A stretch of 63,058 nucleotides of DNA, counting the filler, from Cercozoa sp. M6MM (lineage: Eukaryota > Protista > Endomyxa: Ascetosporea): NCBI GenBank assembly GCA_040357565.1. It is 9 parts of 9 records of this genome, joined end to end, with 100 filler letters (N's around TTAATTAATTAA, not from the genome) between each part and the next. Parts side by side here need not be neighbours in the genome. Positions count along the whole stretch, not along the records: positions 42,252 to 44,948 come from JBDODJ010001716.1; positions 45,049 to 48,078 come from JBDODJ010001640.1; positions 48,179 to 53,575 come from JBDODJ010000918.1; positions 53,676 to 57,015 come from JBDODJ010001494.1; 5 more parts are not named here. One strand, written 5' to 3'. Of the stretch, positions 42,300-54,834 are shown piece by piece. Within the stretch, counting starts at the first letter, position 1, and every line of letters starts with the position of its first letter. The notes under the pieces were generated by a model. It did no database searches and was not told the DNA's origin. It saw nothing but the letters and a program-made list of their open reading frames with translations. The translations under genes and the position numbers were made by a program.

Positions 42300-42764
42300 G
42301 GGGGTAAACAGAGGAGGCACAGCAGCAGAGACGTCGGTCTCGGCGAGGTCGCGCCGCAGGTTGCGCGTGCGCGCAGTGGCCGCCAGATCGACGCGCTGAT
42401 CGGCGTCGTCCAAATCGGTCCACGCGGCCCGTGTGACACTACTGACGGTCTCCTCTGTGACCACATCGGTCTCGCTGTCTTCCGCGCTGACGGCACCGTC
42501 CTCTGACTCGTCCACATCGTCGTCCGAGTCGGCCCACGCCGCCGCACGTGCGCGTTTCTCGCCTGCCGTCACTGCCTCGTCCCGAGCCACACTGTCTTCC
42601 GCCGCTATTCAGACAGCACCCAAAATAAACGTATGCACATCAGAGCGAGTACTGCAGGCACCTGGCGGCACGGCAAACACGTCGTTGGCGGCCGCAGCGT
42701 CGCCGAACAGCGCCGCCGTCAGCTCGCGCTCACTTTGACGAATCCGATCTGAACGACTCGTCAT
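42300..42764 (-). CDS. UTP18: UTP18-like U3 snoRNP protein, N-terminal part only
   Basis: ERELTAALFG, AWADSDD, AWTDLDDADQRVDL..ARTRNLRR; WD40 part lost in gap. Confidence 0.7.
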
Positions 42765-43070
42765 TATTTGGCCGCGCGTGGACCACTAATCGATGCCTAG
42801 TGCTGTACAACCACGCCAGCGCACACACAGCGAGCGTACCGCGCGCTCCTATCTCCGGAGTGCTGGGAAACTCCAAATCGCAAAATTAAATTCCGAAAAG
42901 TGAGGTCTCCCACCGTGTGAGTCTGTCTAGTGCACAGCTCGCAGTACGTTACGACGCTTACGGGGGCAGGATTAACGTTCGGCAGTCGTGTGGCAAAAAC
43001 AATCTGTGCCAAATAATCCACACAAGACGAAAATAATCTGTGGCGGCGCAGACCAGGCAACAGGGACACC

Positions 43071-44807
43071 ATGCTGCCGAAGCACAGCCAGGAGGACGAC
43101 GTGGCGGCAGAGGAGACGCGCCCGATATTTACGGCGTCGTCAAGTCTGCATCGGTAGTAATCTATGTCATTATATAGATATGGATAACATGGATATAAAA
43201 ATAGATGTAGATATAGATAGATAGAGATGTCGATATACCCAATGTACCGTGGTGTGTGTGTGTGTGTGTCAGGTCGACCGACGGGTCGAGTCGGCGGCAC
43301 GTGGCGTACTACTACGACGAGAGTATCGGCAACTTTTACTACGGGCAGGACCACCCGATGAAGCCGCACCGCATGCGCATGGCGTACTCGCTGCTCGTGA
43401 ACTACGGCATGCACCGCCGCATGGAGATCTTCCGACCGTACCGTCTGTCGCCGGAGGAGATGACGCTCTTCCACAGCGACGACTACATCCACTTCCTGAT
43501 GACTGCCACGGTGGACAACGAGGAGGAACTGCGACACGAACTGAAGCGGTACAACTGCGACGCCGACTGTCCTGTCTTCGACGGCATGTTCGACTTCTTC
43601 CAGCTCGCTTCGGGCGGGTACTCTTGGCCTGTTTAGCCCCTTATCTGCACCCCTCCCCCTGCACCCTATCCCTCCCCCTGTACCCCTCCCCTGGCAGGTC
43701 GGTCGGCGGCGCCTACAAGCTCAACCACCAGGAGGCCGACATCGTGGTCAACTGGGCCGGCGGACTGCACCACGCCAAGAAGACCGAGGCCAGCGGCTTC
43801 TGCTACGTCAACGATATCGTGCTGGCCATCCTCGAGCTGCTCAAGCGGCACCAGCGCGTCGTCTACATCGGTGTGTTACCCCCCCCCCCCCCTCCCTCCA
43901 CCCTGCTTATCTTGCCCTACCGTTTACCTAGCATGATACCCCTCTGCCCCTTAACCCCCCCCTCCCCCCTGGGCAGACATAGACGTGCACCATGGCGACG
44001 GAGTGGAGGAGGCGTTCTACACGACGGATCGCGTCATGACGGTGTCGTTTCACAAGTACGGCGAGTTCTTCCCGGGCACCGGTACTTTCCTGACCCTTGA
44101 GCCTTGACCCTTGACCCCCTTGACCCTTGACCCTTGACCCTTGACCCTTGACCCTTGACCCTTGACCCTTGACCCTTGACCCTTCCCCAGGTGACATCAA
44201 GGACGTGGGCCACGCGGAAGGTCGCGGCTACGCGGTGAACGTGCCGCTGAAGGACGGCATCGACGACGCGTCGTATCACTCGGTGTTCCAGCCGGTCATC
44301 ACGGCCGTCATGGAGCACTTTCAGCCCGGTACGCTGTCCCTACGGACCTGTGTCCATCTGACCCGTCCATCTGACCTGTCCATCCGGACCTGTGTCCATA
44401 CGGACCTGTCCATCTGACCCGTCCATCTGACCCGTCCATATGTACCACAGGTGCCGTCGTTCTGCAGTGCGGCGCCGATTCGCTTGCGGGCGATCGACTC
44501 GGCTGCTTCAACCTGTCGCACGATGGGTGTCTTACCCCCCTGTTTACCCCCCTGTTTACCCCCCTGTTTACCCCCCTGTTTACCCCCCCCCCCCCTGTTT
44601 ACCCCTGTTTACCCTCCTGTTTACCCCCCTGTTTACCCCCCAATTTACCCCCTGTGTAGGCACGGCAAGTGCGCCGAGTTCGTGCGCACGTTCAACCTGC
44701 CGATGCTGGTGCTGGGAGGAGGCGGCTACACGATTCGCAACGTGGCACGTGCCTGGGCCAACGAGACCGCCATCTGCATCGGCGAGAAACTCTCGCCTGT
44801 CATCCCG
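43071..44807 (+). CDS. HDAC1: Class I histone deacetylase (RPD3/HDAC1-like), 3'-truncated
   Basis: [61 protein letters not shown]. Confidence 0.95.
44094..44184 (+). repeat. (CCCTTGA)n intronic repeat
   Basis: Seen directly. Confidence 0.95.
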
Positions 44808-44948
44808 GTACCTTGTCCTACCCCCATCCTGCCCCCTTACCCCCTACCCCTACCCCTTACCCCTACCCCCCTACCCTTACCCCCTACCCCTACCCTTACC
44901 CCCTACCCCTACCCTTACCCCCTACCCCTACCCTTACCCCCTACCCCT
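44530..44948 (+). repeat. (TTTACCCCCCTG)n and (CCCTAC/CCCTTA)n intronic repeats in two consecutive introns
   Basis: Seen directly at about 44530-44655 and 44810-44948. Confidence 0.9.
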
Positions 44949-45048
44949 NNNNNNNNNNNNNNNNNNNNNNNNNNNNNNNNNNNNNNNNNNNNTTAATTAA
45001 TTAANNNNNNNNNNNNNNNNNNNNNNNNNNNNNNNNNNNNNNNNNNNN

Positions 45049-45127
<79 letters not shown>

Positions 45128-46233
45128 ATGCATGTGCTCACGCTGTGCATAGGACAAGGTGCTTTTTTGTGCCTCTGGCAACGGCACAATCGCGCGGTTT
45201 CAATGCACGAAGAATGACTAATCAGCTACGTTATCACACTTTGTTGTTCGGAGTGCCTGTCGTGGTCCACCTATCGATTCATTCGCGGTTGTTCCATCGT
45301 CCTCCCGGCGCAAGAGGTCCAAGCTGGCCGAAAGGAACTAAACTGCACAATCATTCGAGGTCTACAGGACATCAGCTACAGATGCAGACAGAGTGTGCCG
45401 ACTGTACAAGTACACTAAGTTCGTCTGTATCTTCATAATCTTGTCCGCCGCCTCGATCTGCATATTCAACTGGGATCGGTACAGATCGCAATCTTCTGTT
45501 CGCCCGCCCCATCCAAATGATCGCAGTCGATCTGCGTTCGCAGCACTGCTTCAATTCTCTCGTACTTGCTGCGCAGGTCCTTGGCGTCGGGCAGGTCCTG
45601 CTCCGTCGACGCATCGCCCAGCGCAAACGCACATGCTACTAAGAGAAACAGCAAAACCGCATTGGGAGGACTGATGTCTTATTGTGTTTCGCATTGCTGT
45701 GCACGGCACCATCCACAGATGCCAAGGAGACATCGAGAGCCAGATGCCAAGGAGACATCGAGAGCACACTGTTGCAACGTTGTAGTCACTACATCCCATA
45801 ATCCACTCCACTTGAATGTCGTAGGGGAACTACACTATTGGTGTCCTGGATGACCCAGCTAACACACGAATCCACGCCAGCCGAACGACCCCTAGTCTGT
45901 GTCGCTATCCGTTTCCCTGGATGAGCCCGACGATCGGTTACAGGCCAGAATCGCGGCAGAAATCATGGACATCGCAACAGATCGAAAGGAGATACACTTG
46001 TGCGGCAGCACAGACGACCCACAGACTAAACAATGCGATCACAAACGCGCTCTAGCTTGCCTGATCGGATCCTAGCTGTCGGCTGACTCTCGGGGCACAG
46101 CCATATTCGGCGATGATCCGAGATGGGCTTTAATCTTTCTGCCGTTTTTAATTTTATTTTCTATTCTGCACTGATAAACGCATTTTCTGATCGTTCGTTG
46201 TGCCCAGTCAAGCGAGAATACGCACTGGTGACA

Positions 46234-47480
46234 ATGGGTCGATCAATGATACTCGTGGAGTTTCCCGTGCAAGGGCACGAGTTGTCTCCTTGCAAATTTT
46301 TGTCTGTTCTTGCCAGGATTTACCGAATTCGTTATGTGCACGCCACCAACACACCTGCCCCACATCGGTGTGCCTCCGCCTGGCCGGCCGTACGTTAGCC
46401 TGCTGTAGTCGCTCTTGTGACGATTATGTGTGTCTTTTGTTCTGTGTAGCGTTGCAGACGGCTTTGAAGATGAGGACATGTCGGATTTTATAGCCGACGA
46501 CGAATGGTATTTCCCAGTGATTCGCATATGCATTCTGTCACGCACCACGATGCTTCCTTGCTTTGCGAAGGGAGCCACGGGACGACCTCGTGAAGTCAGC
46601 CGTCAGGCGATTTGCCGGCGGCTTCGAGCGGCAACATGTTACCGCTCCCTGCCGACGGCGGAAACGGCACGGCGGGGCAGAAGTTGCGCCTCGTCTCGAG
46701 TCGAGCGCAACTCAAGAGTGCCGCCGACGAAATCTCGACGGGCGCGTTGGACGCTGAGTCGAAGTCGTGCTCGCGCGAGCTTTCGTTCGCGCAATTTTTT
46801 CGACATGAACCGATACTTCGGCTCGCAGTGGCGCCGGATGGGGCCTGTACCGACGCGCCGCCTCTTCGCAGGCATGCGACGCACGACTCTCGGCGAGACA
46901 AATGTGCTGCGGGCCAGGCGGACCGGGGCGACATAATGTTTTTGTTCGACGGGGGGAGCATCGTGGACGAGAGACGGCGCGACGACGTCACCGTCTACTC
47001 CGAGATGGTGCAGATCATCGGGTAACTCGTTTCTTCGTGTCTGTTCCCTCTGGTCCTGTGCTCACATCACGATCGATGCAGATGAGGTCGCCAAGATCGC
47101 GGGCCGTTGCGCCAAGAACGGAGCGCCATTGTTGCAGCGACGGCACGAGCAGGCCGTCGCCCTCCTCGACAACATGACGCGAATGAGGAACGTGCCGTCG
47201 GTGTCGGGTGCCGCGCAGACGCTGATTGCTGCATGCGACGGCGACCTGGGCGACGTCATGTATGACGGCACCGCGCGAGTTGGCGCGTTCGTGCGGCAGC
47301 ATTTCGAGTTCGTTTTGGGCGCCGGCTTCTCGCAGCGATATCTTGCCGCAGCTCACGTCGCAGGCACCGATATCTTGCCGCAGCTCACGTCGCAGGCACC
47401 GCGGGCTGCACGCGACAGTCCGTGGCCATGCTCAATTATTTGGGCATCATGTTATTTGTAAACAGAAACTAACGAACTAA
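46234..47480 (+). pseudogene. Degenerate spliced gene of unknown family
   Basis: Coding-like exons with apparent frame breaks, including a 32-nt tandem duplication at 47336-47399. Confidence 0.4.
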
Positions 47481-47870
47481 CTGCTTCTTACTCAATGCGA
47501 AAAGCATTATTACACAGTTCAACATAACTCCGTGAAATCCTCGCGCGACACCATCGTCGGGTAAAAATAGAGAGCAAGCTATTTTACCTTGAGTGTAGCT
47601 TGGACAGTCCAGTTGATATATAAGCCTGCAGCAGTAGCAGTGCAGAGTTTGCTTTCCTTTGCTATTCTAGATAGTTTTTTTTTTAAATCGGGCAGGAAAG
47701 CGTTTAGCAAGGCCTGATCTGATTCGATTTGATCCGTACGTATCGGCAGCAGAAACGGGCAGCGGTACCGGTAACTCGCAACACTACGTATGTTACGTAA
47801 CGTAAGCTGGAAGCACCATGCAGTTAGCACATTCCGCCGGGACGGGACGGGGCACGGGAAGGTGGAAGGG

Positions 47871-47910
47871 TCACTGCCGCCGCCGCCTCCGGTGCTTCTG
47901 CCGCGGCGCC

Positions 47911-47941
<31 letters not shown>

Positions 47942-48076
47942 GCAGTTGTTGTTGTTGGTGGTGGTGAACGACACCGGCGAACTCGGCGTCAATGTCGCGT
48001 GCAGTCAGTCCAGTCGCTCCTTCCGCCGGGAAGACCTTGTGACCCGCCATCGACAGCGACGACAGTGCGCGCACCT
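47871..48076 (-). CDS. 3' exon of an unidentified gene with a polyQ tail
   Basis: ORF following a CAG acceptor beside the gap. Confidence 0.4.
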
Positions 48077-48205
48077 GGNNNNNNNNNNNNNNNNNNNNNN
48101 NNNNNNNNNNNNNNNNNNNNNNTTAATTAATTAANNNNNNNNNNNNNNNNNNNNNNNNNNNNNNNNNNNNNNNNNNNNGGGGGGGGGGGGGGTATAGCTT
48201 GCGAA

Positions 48206-51200
48206 ACCGGTTTGGCCGTTCCCTCAGCGACTCCAGGCTACACACACAAACAGTCCATTTGTACAGTCCCATTGGACTGTTTAATTAGACGGTCCATGTG
48301 TCAAAGGGGGGTACCAGTTCGGAGAACTGTCGGCGCACCTCCCAGACCACCTGCTGCGCCGTGCGACCGACGGCGTCGATGGCCCAGGCCACGAACACAA
48401 ACACCATGGCTATTCCTGTGCGTGTGTTGACTCATTTAAGGCCGTACACCTCCGTACAAACGGACCAGTAAAAAAACTATTAAGGGTACCGAGTAAACCG
48501 CCCACCATCATGTGCACCTGCGAGATGTCCACACGGCGCAACTCCTGCAGCAGCGACTCACTGCTCAGGGGGTTAAGAGGGGGTTAATAGGGGGGTTAAG
48601 AGGGGGGGGGGGGAGGCAAAAAGCAACGACCGGCCCATTGCTAGCGCGCGCCGCTTCTTCGATCTCGCCGAAAAAGGCCTCTGTTCGCGGGACGGGGGGT
48701 TAAAGGGTAAAGCGGGTAGAGGGGTAAGAGTACGGAACAGCACGAAGCAGGCGAGCGCCGAGGCACCGACGGAGAAGCCTTTGCACTGCGCCTTGGTCGT
48801 GTTGCCCACCGCGTCCAGTCGGTCCGTGATCACACGTGCCTGTTGGGGGGGGGCGGGGGGTAGCAGGGGGTCCAGGGGGTAAACAGGGGGATAAACAGGG
48901 GTAAACAGGGGGGTAAACCTCAGCAGGAGCGTTAGGGGCCATTTCGACAATGCCGCCGGCGTTGTCAGCGATGGGACCGAAGTTGTTCATAGCCAGAACA
49001 TACACCGCCGTGCTCAGCATGCCCATCGTCGCCACCGCCGTGCCAAACAGCCCTGGGGAGAGGGTAAACAGGGGGGTAAGGGTGGTAAACAGGGGGTAAG
49101 CAGGAGGTAAAGGGTAAACAGGGGGTAAGGGTGGTAAATCAGGGGGGTAAACAGGAGGTAAATAGGGGGGGGGGGGAAAACAGAGGGGGTAAAACCAGCA
49201 GTGTGCGCAGCGTGCGGCAGTGCCGTGGAGCCCAGATAGAAGGAGGACAACAAGGAGGCCGCAATGACCAGCACAGGTGCCCCGCAACTCTCCATGCCGA
49301 CCGACAGTCCGGCGATTATGTTGGTCGCATGGCCCGTCGCACTGGCGCGGTGAATCTTCTTCACCGGTCCGTATCGGTAGTCCGTGTAGTACTGCGTCAG
49401 CGCCACCTGTCCGGGGGTAAGTAAGGGGTAAATAGGAGGGTATGTATGAGAGTAAACATGGGTAAATAGGAAGGTAAATAGAAGAGTTTTACTCCCTCTG
49501 TTTAACCCTTTGTTAGGGGAGTGTACCAGCGAGAAGGAGCAGAGCAGTCCGACAAAGCCGCAGAGAACGAAGCGGAACCACGCCGTGGGATACTCGGGCA
49601 GATGCAGCATCACGCGGCACACCACCACGAACAGCGCCGACGCCAGCGACAATGTCACCAAGAAACCGCGCTGCAGCGGCGCCATCACCTGCTCGTCCGA
49701 CGGCGTGCCGCCTCGACTGTCTGCTCGGGAGGGGGGAAGGAGGTAGTAGGGGTGTAAATAAGGGGGTAAACAGGGGGTAAACAGGGGGACAAACAGGGGG
49801 TAAACAGGGGGGTAAACAGGCGGGTAAACAGGGGGGGGTAAACAGGGGGGTAAGAACCAGGCCGCGTGTAGTGGATGCCGACGGCTGACACAATCAAATC
49901 GAGCGTGTGAATCACCACCGGGAAGAACACCTACACACACACGTGTCTTGTGATCGATCACACTGGTATCACTGAGTGATCACTAGGGACGGTGTGTGTC
50001 ATCGCTGCCAATGATACCAAACAGTCGGCGGCACCGTCGCGCAGACCGATCTGCCGCGCCAACTGAGCGCCCAGAATCATCGCGCCGATTAGCTCCGCCG
50101 CGATGCTTTCGAACACGTCCGCCATCGACCCTATCCGCAGGAGGTAAAGGGGTAAGGGGTAAACAGGGGGTAGACCGGGGGTAAAGGGAAATAAAACCAG
50201 CGCAGTCGCCGACGTTGTCACCGACACTACTTGGGGGGGGTAAAGTAACAGGGGTAAAGAGGGGTGAAGGGAGGGAAGAGAGGGTGCAAGAGAGGGGTAA
50301 GAGAGGGTGCAAGAGAGAGAGAGAGGGGTAAGAGAGGGTGCAAGAGAGAGGGTAAAGGGGGGTAAGAGAGGGGGCAAAGTCTACAGATCGGCAATGACGG
50401 CGGGATTGCGCGGATCGTCCTCGGGAATGTCCTGCTCGATCTTGCCGACCCTACAATACACCGTCTTAACAAAGTACACACCTCCTTAACAAACTATACA
50501 CCGCCTTAAAAAACTATACACCACCTTAACAAACTAAACACCCCCCTTAACAGAATAAACGCCCGCTTAAGTGTGTGGGTGGTACAGATCGGCGCCGACG
50601 TCGCTGGCCTTGGTGTAGATGCCGCCGCCCAGCTGCATGAAGAGTGCCACGAAGGAGGCGCCGAATCCGTAGCCACCCAACAAGGCCGGCAGCTGCGTCG
50701 CTGACAGGCCTATCCACACACACGTGATCACTCTGTGCCAGCATGTGATCATATATTCAGTGGTCACTCTCAGTGATCACGCACATGGCCACTCTGAGAT
50801 CACTCTGTGCTAAAGGTACCCGACATGCGAACTAGTAGCAGGTAGCATAGTGTGTACAGCAGACACAGTCCCAGCGTGCACAGCGACGCGCTCAGCAGTG
50901 CCTGGGGGGGGGGGGGTAAAGAGGGGGTAAAGAGGGGGTAAAGAGGGGGGCAAAGGGGAGTAGTACCGACACAGCGCCACCACGGAAGGCGCGCAGCAGC
51001 GACTGATCGAATCGAAGTGCCGCCGCAGCAGCAGCCACACCTGACACAAATCATTGATTCTTGTATTTTCCTCCAGTCTAGTCTCCGACCCAGGCAGCGG
51101 AAAATACGGGAATTCACGCGCACGGACGACCAGACGCCGACGTAGCCAGCACCGGCCGAACACAGCGCACCGGCCAGAAAAGCACACGCCGTCAAGGCAC

Positions 51201-52272
51201 CCTACCGGGAAAGATAAACAGGGGGGTAAACAGGGAGTAAACAGAAGGTAAACAAGGAGAAAACAGGGAGCAAACAGGGGGTAAACAGGGGGTAAAGCAC
51301 CGTCATAAATCCACTGACGCCCATCAGAGAGCCGCGCCACAGGTACACCAGAAAGAGCACAGCGGCCGTGCCGAGTGCGATCACTTTGATGGCATTATAC
51401 TGCACCGACAGGAAACCTTCGGCACCGCTGCTGATGGCTTCAGCAATGCTGCGCATCTCGGGACTCAACTCGTCCTGCTCGCCGCCTGCAGACATAGAAC
51501 ATAGGGGTATCATGGGGGGAGGGTAATACTCATGTCTTGCGGTGTCAGTACGTTGTTTCTGCAGTGTCACATCGACGAGTCGACGGCAATACTCGAGTGA
51601 AGCAACGCATGTGGCCTACGTTTCATTCTCTGGCATCAAAACACACAGCTTAAAGCACCTCAAATCCTAAATTTACCAAAGCAAAGATCACGCAGACTGC
51701 TCCGACGCCACTCAGTGTCACCAGCGACTGCAAGAACACACGCACACATTGTTTCAGCACAGGCGAAATTAAGTGAAAGCTGACACTACCAGAAGGCCAA
51801 CGCCACCTGCGATAATACTCAGCAGTCGCACCAGCAGACTGAACTCTCTGTTTTTGACAAAGCTCCGAAAATCAGTCAATTCAAGCTCTTTTGCAACGAA
51901 ACTACGCAACGTGAGTTTCCTGCGAAAGCTCAGGTTTACCGAGCAGCTGTCATCGTTTGTCGACGTCTGCGGTCACCGGGCTGCCAAAAGCAACGGATTT
52001 CGATGAAAGCACACCGAGAATCGGTGTGCAAGTTGCAACTAAATTACCATGAGTTTGTGGAGCACATCGCCCAGCAGTGAAGCCGATGCCTTTGGGCTAC
52101 CGAGTGACCCGTTGCTGCTCAACAGTGTGGTGGACTCACCGACTCGCGCCTCAGGATCATTGAAATCGGGCCTCAGGTCGTCATTATTCAGCATCTCGTT
52201 GTGAGAGTGAGAACTCGATTTCGACGGATTCGAAGTCGTCAAGCTCTGAGGCGTTACACGACTTGTCAGCAT
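48206..52272 (-). CDS. Membrane H+-translocating pyrophosphatase, K+-independent (AVP2/type II-like), 3'-truncated
   Basis: [74 protein letters not shown]. Confidence 0.95.
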
Positions 52273-53533
52273 AGACACGTCTCACGCACTACACTCACGT
52301 CCCTCACTCAGTGTGATACCTTTGACCACGCCCACCTGTGAAAGCAAAGTGACACACATTTTTTTTTAGTTTCGGCATTTCGCCAATCACAAATCTCAGG
52401 AAAAACGCAACAGAATGAGACACTCAAGTTGGCATTAATTGCAAAATTACGCAGATCACACACCTTCCTGGCACTGTCTATGGTATCTACACAAGCGTGC
52501 GCACGTTTAAACTCTATTCTCAATGGAGCCTTGTGACGTGTCAAGATCTTGTACATTAACTACATACTGTACAGTATCGACCCAACCATCCCAAATGGGT
52601 CATCTGTGACGTCAACAAGACGTACAGCAGTCAGTTCAGATGTAGTTACCGCGAGACCGGGTCGGCAAGGGATTACGTCTGAGTGCAAGGACCGGAGGTG
52701 CTTTACCTGGTCAGTAGAGAGTCTTTTTAGGGAAGGAACAATGCTCTTTGAGGTCAGTCTACCAGGGTAAGGAGGTTCGCCGCACTCGGAAGGTCAGGGT
52801 ACTAGATAGGCAGAATACACCGCTCCAAGGGTTCTGAGTGAGTGAGTTTCTTCCGCGCGGAGCACCAGGAGTCAGACTGACCGGATAGAGAACACCGTCT
52901 CGTACCATGACGGCGTCGGTTTGCTCGCCGCTCACGCAGTCACGAGTCTCGCTTCGATGTCCCCAGTCGTGGAAAGTGCAAACCGCCGAGCCTGGCGCCG
53001 CATTAAGGGGAGTCCTGCCACGGCGCGGAAGGTGGCGACACGGATGGAAGTGTATCGCACGCGCATATTCTTCTCGTGCGTGAGAGAGCGAAAGTCGCGT
53101 CCACCCGCATACTGCAGGGTCGACCGCCTCCGAGAGTACGCGAGACACTGCACGACGGCTCGCGGAAAGTGCTCGGTTGAGACACTTGCTCCGCGCGTGC
53201 GGCAGGTCTGCTTGGGCGCCAGCACGTGCACGATGCACTCGTTTATAACGTGTGTCACGTGGTTGGACCTTTGCATGCTACCCGAGTGGTGCAGCGTCTT
53301 GAATATCGTCTCTGCCACTGCTACCGATCGCGCGTTGCGGACATGTTCGTCGGCGACACGCGAGCAGCAGCGAGTCGACGACGTCGAGTGCCACGGGCGC
53401 GATCGAGCCGTCGATCATATTGGTCGCAGCCAAGCCAAGCACACAGCACGGCGGTGAATCTTGGGCGAGCTGCGAGTCGGGCGGCGTGTCACGCACGCAC
53501 ACTGATGGCACGGGTCGCAGCGTCCGACATACT

Positions 53534-53575
<42 letters not shown>

Positions 53576-53675
53576 NNNNNNNNNNNNNNNNNNNNNNNNN
53601 NNNNNNNNNNNNNNNNNNNTTAATTAATTAANNNNNNNNNNNNNNNNNNNNNNNNNNNNNNNNNNNNNNNNNNNN

Positions 53676-54645
<970 letters not shown>

Positions 54646-54834
54646 GCCAAGAATTCCGACAGAGCACGTGTGCTAAGACAGAAGGCGGCACGATCACGTG
54701 CTTTGCAGCGGCTTTAGGCGCAAAAAGTCCCAAACCCGTCCCATCCGTCCAAACACGTCTAAACAATTTTTGCAAAATAAAGGCGAGCGCGTCCTGGCGG
54801 AGTCGCGCTTCGTTCAAGTTGCTGAGGTGCGCTC

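Noticed and set aside
44810-44948. Chromosome end telomere
   Set aside because: Begins at a splice donor inside HDAC and is heterogeneous, so it is intronic.
52576-52604. 23-bp hairpin with ATC flanks
   Set aside because: A 6-bp stem and 3-bp repeat are within chance.
52960-52990. RNase P-like string GGAAAGTGCAAACCGCCGA
   Set aside because: No P4 pairing partner or other conserved regions.
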